Translations under genes and position numbers: made by a program
Notes under the pieces: model-generated
What the model was told of the DNA's origin: nothing
Databases searched by the model: none
The model's input: the letters and a program-made list of their open reading frames with translations, nothing else
Source: Paraspadella gotoi
Taxonomy: Eukaryota > Animalia > Chaetognatha
Direction: 5' to 3'
Length of the DNA: 64,000 nucleotides
Assembly (NCBI GenBank): GCA_051294375.1
Contig: CM119271.1
Location: forward strand, 10,068,291-10,132,290
In this document: in pieces, positions 56,101-64,000 of the stretch
How positions within the stretch are numbered: the stretch's first letter is position 1
Layout of the letters: each line of letters opens with the position of its first letter

Positions 56101-58590
56101 GCTCTTCTGGTTTTTGCTCCGCTTCTGTAGATTGTTCTTCAAAAACTTCTTCAGCCAAATTTTTCGGAAATTCTTCTTCAGCTGGTTCTTCTCCATATTC
56201 CTCTTCAGTTCTTCCTTCATTTACTTCTTCAATCAGTAATAATATTAGTTTAAGCATGTGCTCTTCAATAGATTTCTCGTCAACAATTTCTTCTTCAGCT
56301 GCTTTTTCTTCAATGTTTTCTTCATTCTCTCCAATATAATTTTCCTCCATAACTTCCTTACCACCGAATTCTTCTTCAACAGAGTTCTCCACAACAGCTT
56401 CTTTTATGTGTTCCTCTCCCTGTTCTTCTTCCACTGCTTCTTCCCTAGAAACTTCAGTAACTTTTTCTTCTAAATTTTCTTCTTTTGCAACTATTGCTAT
56501 TATTGCTTCAACCTGCTGTTCTTCAATCATTTCTTCAACTGGTTTTTCTTCAACTGCTTCTTCAATTTGTTCCTCTTCACCTTCTTCAATAGCTTCTTCT
56601 TTGGCAATTTCCTCTTCAGCTACTTCCATAATGATTGCTAATATTAATGCTTCAACTTGGTTCTCTTCAGTCATTTCTTCTTTAGCAGCCTCTTCTTCAT
56701 CTTCTTCCCCTTTATTTTCTTCCATAATTTCCTCTTCTTTTACAGCTTCTTCTTCTGCAACTTCTTCTTCTGCAACTTCTTCAACTGCTTCTTCTTTTGC
56801 CGCTGCTACTATTATTGAGTTCTCTTCAATTGTTTCCTCAGGAGCCTCTTCAGTTTTTTCCATTGTTTTTTCTTCAACTGCTTCCTCATTAATATTTTCT
56901 TCTACAGCTTCTTTAGCAGCTTCTTCAGCAATTTCTTCAGCAACTTCCTCCACCACTTCTTCCTCTGCAACTTCTTCCTCTGCAACTTCTTCAGCAACTT
57001 CCTCAACAACTTCCTCCTCAGCAACTTCTTCCAGAACTACTGCTATTATTTTTTCTTCAACTGGCTTCTCTTCAATAACTTCTTCCTCTGCAACTTCTTC
57101 TTTAATCGCTTCTTCTTCTTCATTTTTTTCTTCTTCAACTTCCTCAACCTCTTCCTTGCCTAGTTTTTCTTCAACAGCTTCTTCTGTTTTTGCTTCTTCT
57201 TCTTCCTCTTTAGTAGCTGCTTCTTCTAAAACTTCTTCAGCTATCTCCTCAGCAACTTCCTCTTCAGCAACTTCTTCTGGAACTACTGCTATTATTTTTT
57301 CTTCAACTGGCTTCTCTTCAATAACTTCTTCCTCTGCAACTTCTTCTTTAATCACTTCTTCTTCTTCATTTTTTTCTTCTGTGACTTCAACCTCTTCCTC
57401 GACTGGTTTTTCTTCAACGGCTTCTTCAATTTTTCCTTCTTCTTCCTCTTTAGCAGCTGCTTCTTCTACAACTTCTTCTTCAGCAACTACCTCCTCAGCA
57501 GCTTCCTCTTCAGCTACTGCAATTAGTTTTTCTTCAACTGGCTTCTCTTCAATAACTTCTTCCTCTGCAGCTTCTTCTTTAATCGCTTCTTCTTCTACCC
57601 TTTTTTCTTCAATAGCTTCTTCTGGTTTTTCTTCAACAGCTTCTTCTGGATTTTCTTCAACAGCTTCTTCCTCAACTTTTTTTTCTTCTACTTGTTCTTC
57701 TTCAGGCTTTTCTTCAACGGCTTCTTCTTCAGCAGCTTCTTCCTCAGCTTTTTTCTCTTCCACTTGCTCTTCTTCAGGCTTTTCCTCAACTTTTTCTTCT
57801 TCCGCAGCCTCTTCCTCAACTTTTTTCTCTTCCACTTGCTCTTCTTCAGGCTTTTCCTCGACTTTTTCTTCTTCTGGAGCCTCTTCCTCAGCTTTTTTCT
57901 CTTCCACTTGCTCTTCTTTCAGGCTTTTCCTCAACCTTTCTTCTTCTGGAGCCTCTTCCTCAGCTTTTTTCTCTTCACTTGCTCTTCTTCAGGCTTTTCC
58001 TCAACTTTTTCTTCTTCTGGAGCCTCTTCCTCAGCTTTTTTCTCTTCCACTTGCTCTTCTTCAGGCTTTTCCTCAACCTTTTCTTCTTCTGGAGCCTCTT
58101 CCTCAGCTTTTTTTCTCTTCCACTTGCTCTTCTTCAGGCTTTTCCTCAACCTTTTTCTTCTTCTGGAGCCTCTTCCTCAGCTTTTTTCTCTTCCACTTGC
58201 TCTTCTTCATGGCTTTTCCCTCAACTTTTTTTCTTCTTCTGGAGCCTCTTCCTCAGCTTTTTTCTCTTCCACTTGCTCTTCTTCAGGCTTTTCCTCAACC
58301 TTTTCTTCTTCTGCTACTTTTTCTTTTTCTTCAGCTTTTTCTTCCTCGGGAGCTTCCTCTTTAACTTGTTCCTCTTTAACTGTTTTCTCTTCATTAGGTT
58401 TCTCTTGGATCTGCTCATCAATATTTTCTTCCTCATCATCATCCAATTGGTTTACATTTTTGTTACCAGAATATCTTTTTGTTTTAGTTTCATTTAGATT
58501 TTTGGAGTTTTTATTTTTCTTTGATGCCTTTTGAGTGTTTTTTGCTTGTTTTTTGCTTGTTTTACTCCGTGGCTTTGATGAATTGAACAT
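42226..58590 (-). CDS. Giant (~3100 aa) Glu-rich protein ending in the novel 'YQPNYV' domain (paralog B); exons ~58590-54973, 52599-52300, 51128-50949, 50213-45461, 45395-45299, 42939-42842, 42761-42667, 42410-42226
   Basis: ORF pieces join via GT-AG introns of phases 1,1,1,2,0,2,1. Frame breaks at ~57900-58260 and 47470-47520 coincide with homopolymer length differences between repeat copies. The 5' end may have further exons. Confidence 0.72.
43937..44084 (-). mobile_element. tRNA-derived SINE with a 7-bp target-site duplication
   Basis: Minus strand reads CTCAGTGGCTAGTGC (A box) ... CCTGGTTCAAGCC (B box). Flanked by GCTGTAA at 43930-43936 and 44085-44091. Confidence 0.6.
47210..47628 (-). 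repeat. ~189-bp coding tandem duplication (EREFHDENYFENIVEEIQYVEINPE...MIQEGFY)
   Basis: Two near-identical copies visible in DNA and protein. Confidence 0.9.
48490..49480 (-). repeat. Four ~240-bp coding tandem repeats (YIEVxIEEKxTQ...EFEQSPEFEHLGISGEENMFxESCRIIEKRFDEG)
   Basis: Repeats visible in the 907-aa ORF and in DNA. Confidence 0.92.
50418..50651 (+). mobile_element. Solo LTR (234 bp) of the miniature LTR element
   Basis: Near-identical to 51780-52023. Flanked by GTAT at 50414-50417 and 50652-50655 (4-bp TSD). Ends CTCTTCA. Confidence 0.75.
51463..52023 (+). mobile_element. TRIM-like non-autonomous LTR retrotransposon: 5'-truncated LTR 51463-51597, internal 51598-51779, LTR 51780-52023
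   Basis: Direct repeats. PBS-like TGGTGAGCCCGAC directly after the first LTR, purine tract GGTAGGCGGGGA directly before the second, no coding capacity. Confidence 0.75.
53025..53324 (+). mobile_element. 300-bp hammerhead-bearing retroelement insertion (Penelope pLTR/retrozyme-like) with a 14-bp TSD
   Basis: AATATTATATCAAC at 53011-53024 and 53325-53338. Contains (CT)n, a hammerhead and AATAAA. Confidence 0.7.
53208..53247 (+). ncRNA. Minimal type I hammerhead ribozyme
   Basis: TCAAAG-CTGATGA-A-GAC TCGA GTC-GAAA-CATGTA-CTATGA: intact core, perfect stem II, palindromic stem III, GUA cleavage triplet, stem I 5/6 pairs. Confidence 0.8.
54497..54650. repeat. Degenerate telomere-like (CCTAA/CCCTAA) array in an intron
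   Basis: AACCCTAATCCTAAACCTAGAACCCTAATTCTTAATC...CCCTAAACTAATC...ACCTAATCACTAAC. Confidence 0.6.
57690..58350 (-). repeat. Coding minisatellite, ~72-bp units (KAEEEAPEEEKVEEKPEEEQVEEK)
   Basis: About 8-9 near-identical units with scattered 1-nt homopolymer indels. Confidence 0.85.
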
Positions 58591-60740
58591 CTTTAAAAAA
58601 CTCTGTAATAATTTATAAAGCTATATACAATTTTTTCGTAAATATAGCCAAAAAGCTGCCGTAGTCCCTTTAAAAATAAAAATAAATCAACTGTTACTAA
58701 AGTTTTTTTGCGTATCTGCCAAAAAACCTTATAACATGACACAACTATGACAAAAAAAACTAGCTAAAAATACTTAACAATGAAAATTGCAAAGCTGAGT
58801 GAAACGTAATTACTTTGAGAAAAAATCTTATCAATTCAGCTTTAACGACCATAACAATTACCTGCGAACTGAATTTTTTACAAAGAGAGCTTTCTTACTT
58901 TTTCCATAGCTGCGATAATTAGTTTTGTCAAAATCAAAGTCAATCATCTTGACAGCTCTTTTCTCTTAATAAAAATATAAAAAAAGAAAACAAACTCTTT
59001 CATGCTAACTATCAAAGACTTTCATCATTTCTTGATAAAACTGTTGAAAATGTATATTATTTAAATTATTTAAATTGACCAATTCAACCCTACATCTCGG
59101 TTTTAAGCCTTAAAGTATTAATTTTGGAAGAATGACCGCCAGGGTAAGCCCGACGGTCGGCATAGGCCCTTATCGCAGTATGCACCCTACAAAATCACTA
59201 CTCTTCAAAAGAACGAATAATTTCATAGTTAATAACGTCGTTATCCCTATAACATATTTACATACGCATATTAAGATTTATATTTAGTATGCCGGTTTAG
59301 TTTTAGTTTTACCGGTTGAAATCCTTACTAATGTACCTGTTAAGATTAACCGCTCAAACGAACCCAGGATGATCCTACGCGATTCTAATCGTATCTTTAG
59401 CGAGTTAATCGATTCTTCTTAATCGATCCTGCTTTTTTTTTTTCTCGAAAAAAAGTTTTTCCTGTTTAATGAAAAAATGTAAAGCGTTAAAAAGAAAAAA
59501 AAATATAGAGCTTGTTAGTCAAGTATTCTGTTATGTCCAACATAATTTTAATGCGTTTGAACTGATCAATCTTATCCAACGGCTCTTTTTGCGATTGCGA
59601 ATACAGATCATGTATTTTGTTAGGTCTCAGGTGTCGTGCGACCTCCTAACTTATTTACACAGCTATAAATGTTTTGTTTATATATTTAGATGAGAAAAAA
59701 GAATTTCTTCGATCAACCACGATGGTTTTATAAGTATTGTGTTTCGACTTTGCGAAAACACAACCTATTAAGCGCTGATGAAGACAATTTCGTTTAATAT
59801 TTATATACAAAACTAGCTATCTGAAATCAAAATAAAACATCTGAAGAGTAAAGTCCTAACTTTTCAACTTTGTTGACAAAAGTCTTTTTTTTTAAGAAAA
59901 GAACATTCTTTGAAGGCGAAAAAGAAAATAAATTTATTAATGACTTTGAAGTAAATGATTTTTATTCCAACAAGAATTATTCGCAGCATATCATACAGAA
60001 AATGGTTTACTTTTCGGAATTGTCTGTGATTTGTTTTTTTTGTTACAGAATGAAATGCTTGAGGAGAACAACGGGGAAACTTAAATTATACTATTTTTTT
60101 GGATAATAGCCACAAAATATTTCTTGTATTGTTCGGGGTGCGCGAACTACCGGGAAAAAAATTATAAATTCTATTGTTTTTTGCTCGTGAAATTTTTGGA
60201 AGTCAGGAATAGTATTATGAGGTGAAAAAACTATCGTAATTATCTTATAGTTTATGTAAAAAAAATTCAAATCGTAATCCTCTGTGCAAAACTTTTTTTG
60301 TTTTTTTTTTCTTAATTTAGTGTGCTTTGTTTTTTTGTTTTTTTTAAATTGGGGACCACGGCTGTTTTTTTAACTGTCATTTTTTTTAAACACCATCAGA
60401 AAAGTTATTTTTATCGAAATTCATAAAAAAAAGGGAAAAAAATACCGCGCCGTATTTTAAGTTTTTTTTTTTTTACCAAAACCGGATAAAAAATAATCTA
60501 TTAAAATCTCCAACAAACTTCGTTGCCGTCGTAGAAACAAGTCGATAACAATGACAGGGTTAAACATTCCTGGCTACTTTTTTATATCTGTTGGCAATAG
60601 ATGAAATTGATGGTAACAAAAAAACGAATAAGAGAGAAAACACATTAATATTAACTTTTTTTGGGGTGAACAGCACTAATCTACATTATAATATGAAAGA
60701 AATATTATGTACATAATGGAATGAAAAATTTGTTTGGAAG

Positions 60741-60819
<79 letters not shown>

Positions 60820-62958
60820 TATATCGACTGATTCAGGGGGCAACAGCGATATGTTGAAAAATCCCCTTGGCGTTAAAAAAGATATAACAATATGTGATTT
60901 GATTTTTTTTTTAAATTTCTTTATTTCCTTCATGTCCAGCGGAGTCACAAAGGAGCTCATCCTCTCTCAATTCTGCTGAGTTGCAGCCAAAAAAAAAAAA
61001 AAAAGAAAGAAAAATGTCACGTAAGCCGATCAACGATCTTTTACGTGCGTAATCAATTAATTATGCATGTGCGCGCATTTCGCGCATGCAACTCTGTCTC
61101 TCTCTCTCCTGCATCGACGATCGTCCGTCAATAATGAATTACTTTTTTTTTGTGCGTTTGTTTTGGCAAAAAAAAAAAATTTACAATACATTTCACTCCC
61201 TTGTGATATGTCGTCTTGTCCTCTGGTGAAACGAAAAAACTTTCATTGCTTCGTTAATTTTTATTCCCCCAGTTTTTTTAAAAAAAAAACAACCATTTTT
61301 TTCTGTATATATACACCACAGAGACGTCCTTTTTTGCAAATGTCAAACTATTTTATTATAATTGACAATCAATGGAACAAATGTACACGGAAAAAAAAAA
61401 ACAATTTTTTTTTTTACCGCACTACACAAAACTAGTTTTACACACAGAAGGGTTTTTTTTTTTTTCAAGGTTCCAACGAAAGGATGAAATTCGCTAAATT
61501 CGTGCAATAAATTATAAGCTCGTTTCTTTATTCAAAATGGCGGCGATCGACGGCCGACGCTTTGGCGGTCACGTGACCCTCGAACGCATCGTCGGCGATT
61601 GCCGTTTTGTTTTTCTCGATTTTAGCTTTTTTTTTTTTTTTTGTTGTGGTTTTTTTTTTTTTTTTTTATTTACGAAAGAAAACACAAAGTATGATAAGTA
61701 TGAAGGCAAATGAAGTACGTAAGTAATGATAATATTCTCTCTCTCTTTTATTTACGTTTTCATTTATGTTTTTGTTTACAAAGCAAAATCGATACGGATG
61801 AGGCGCGTCGAGCTATTAGATGAAATTACGAGTCTCATAACAAAATAACATCGGCTGCTTTTCTGGCAATTTTAAACCAGCGTCACTTTTGGTTGAAGTG
61901 CAAAAAAAAAGATATATTTTTTTGACAAGTTTGTCCGATTTCGTGATTAAGCGAACGAAAAGCCCTCACTCGGGAAGCGAGAGACGGTCTTCCGCCTACC
62001 AACGCTGGGTGTAGTCCTTCCTAACTCTGTGACAAACTTATTTCCGTGACACAACAAAACGTTCCTGGTTGTAACATTATTTTTTTTTTTAAATCTTTTT
62101 CTTTCGCGATGAGATGTAAAATTAGACAAGTTCGTGCCTCCATTGTTTGAAAAAAAAAAACAACAACTTTTCCGATCAAAAATTGGGTTTAGTTTTCAGC
62201 CTCTTTTCCTTAGCTTCGCTAATCATTGAATAATTTAATCTTCCGCTTTGGATTCGAACGTCACCACCGACGCCGTTCGCCGTTCTAATGGGCGTGGCCC
62301 TCGGTCTCTGGTGAAGTTGACCTACGCTCGGCGCTAATCTCGTCGTCGGGCGAATCTCACGCTGTTCATTTATTTGTTGCTGTGAATCAGCGTTTTTTCT
62401 TTTCGAAATTGAAATTAGCTGGAGACAAATGTGTGGTTCGTAGAGACTCGGAGAGGGGGGGGGGAGAAATTGGGTCACAGAAAATATTATAAATATTAAC
62501 GAAAGACTTCCTCGTTTAGTGGTTAATATTTGAAAAACCAAATGTCTTGAACATGATTTTTGTTTTACTAAAGAGTCGAATGTCGTTAGGCGTCGCGACT
62601 CGACGTCTCGTTGTTAAAAAAAAAAACAAAAAAACAAAACGACATCGAAATCATGTTTCCATGTGAACATCCTGCTTTTTCGTCTTTTGTTCTTAAGAAT
62701 ATGTAGCGTTTTTTTTTTCGCGATCACTTGCGGAAATTTTGGCTCAAATTGACGATTTTCATGGATTGTTTCAATGATTTCCTCTTTTTCACGTGCACAC
62801 ATACACACACCGACTTTATGGCAACCGACTCGAAGTTCTGCGACCAAAAAGAAAAAAAAAAAGAAAAGAAAAGACTTTGAATCGAAAACAAAACGACTTC
62901 CCGAATTCCGCAGACTTTTCGCGAGCGTCGTCGGGACGATTTCGCCGCGAGGGAGGGT

Positions 62959-63026
<68 letters not shown>

Positions 63027-63235
63027 CGTCCGTCCCGCCGACCGCTTCTAGACGCGACGACACGAAAATAAACAAAAGGGAATCGCGTCGTTTTTGTGAT
63101 TCCGTCGGACGATCGATCGAATCCCGATCCCGATCCGTCCACACACAAAAAAAAAATGGACACGCCCTCGTTTTGGGACGCGTACACACACACTAAAAAA
63201 GTAAGATGGATCACATAATTAATTGTGAATGGACG

Positions 63236-64000
63236 TCAAATGGGATCCTCGGCGCTCAACGGCGCCGGCAATAATAATAATTCTTCATCGTCGCCGCTCG
63301 GTCGTCGATCCTCTTCCGCGGCGTCGTTTTCCATCGTCCTTCCCTCGACGGCGTCATCAGGGACGCCATCGCCGGGCGACGCGGCACGCTCGCCCTCGAA
63401 GGAGAGCGTGGGCGAAGACGCCGTCAATGTTTCCACGGTGTCCTGAGACTTGAGACGAAGGTTGTCTTCGACGCCGACGGATGACGCCGTCGTCGTTGTG
63501 GGCGTGGCGGCGTCGAAAAGGTTGATGAGATCGTCAGAGGGCGCCGCTACGTTGGCTGTGGCGTCGACCGCTTCGTCGATGTGGATCCGTGGACCGAGTT
63601 CGCCGCCGCCTGCGCCGCCGCCGCCCGCGTGCGGATCCCAAAACGGGTCGAGGGAAGAAAAGTCCTGCTGCCCGGAGCTGCAGCTGCTGAGATCGAGACT
63701 TTCGCTGCTCTCCACCGGAATCTCCTCCGCGGCGACGCTGCTGTCGTCTTCCGGAAACGGCTGCTGCCGTTGCGGCTGCGACGTCGCCCGCTTGGCGTCG
63801 CGGGTCTGACGCCGCTTTCCGACTAGCGCGTCGTCCTGCGGTGGCGTAGGAGGCACGTTCGGTTCGGCGGGGCACTTGCGGCCCTGAGGGTCAGCGCGCG
63901 GTTCGATCTCTTCCGGAGTGGAGAGGCTGTCGGATGCTTCCGGCGTCGACGAGAGAATCGAGGTGATCTTCTTGACTTCGGCGTCGCATTCCGCCTCCTC
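63236..64000 (-). CDS. 3' coding exon of an unidentified gene entering from the right edge (disordered Ser/Pro/acidic tail)
   Basis: Frame open from 64000 (EEAECDAEVKKITSIL...) to the stop at 63236. GC-rich coding-like composition. Contains DPFW and DLINLFD short motifs. Confidence 0.65.
   Translation of the reverse strand, partial: EEAECDAEVKKITSILSSTPEASDSLSTPEEIEPRADPQGRKCPAEPNVPPTPPQDDALVGKRRQTRDAKRATSQPQRQQPFPEDDSSVAAEEIPVESSESLDLSSCSSGQQDFSSLDPFWDPHAGGGGAGGGELGPRIHIDEAVDATANVAAPSDDLINLFDAATPTTTTASSVGVEDNLRLKSQDTVETLTASSPTLSFEGERAASPGDGVPDDAVEGRTMENDAAEEDRRPSGDDEELLLLPAPLSAEDPI

Noticed and set aside
56406-58534. Long Ser/Phe-rich plus-strand ORFs (652 aa, 280 aa)
   Set aside because: Antisense shadows of GAA-rich Glu codons.
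62176-62420. tRNA gene (GTTCGAATCC on the minus strand) or an extra terminal exon
   Set aside because: No cloverleaf or A box at the proper spacing; the exon reading has no donor I can link and no homology.

Overview
This is eukaryotic (invertebrate metazoan) genomic DNA with short AT-rich GT-AG introns and GC/CpG-rich exons. The species cannot be named from sequence alone. Left part: a vitellogenin-receptor/LRP-like gene (minus strand, runs off the left edge) lies head-to-head with an intronless 2439-aa ORF built from 7 copies of an unrecognised ~135-aa domain. These are followed by a tightly packed, all-plus-strand, operon-like run of housekeeping genes (OXNAD1, SLC25A32, SNIP1, sesquipedalian/PHETA, an orphan TM protein, TMEM161, LMAN2/VIP36). 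Middle: a non-coding host gene with three intronic box C/D snoRNA copies, FAM78-like (minus), and a Helentron-type HINE. Right part: two convergent paralogous orphan genes share a novel ~100-aa domain with identical intron positions; one (42226-58590, minus) is a giant, ~3100-aa, extremely Glu-rich protein that I reconstructed across several ORFs. A Gly-rich type I membrane protein gene sits between them. The introns of the giant gene carry a miniature LTR element whose LTRs contain a tRNA-like module, a solo LTR, a tRNA-SINE and a TSD-flanked 300-bp element with a minimal hammerhead ribozyme. A second hammerhead lies at ~5.16 kb. All gene models are manual, by-eye reconstructions. Several homopolymer indels look like assembly errors.
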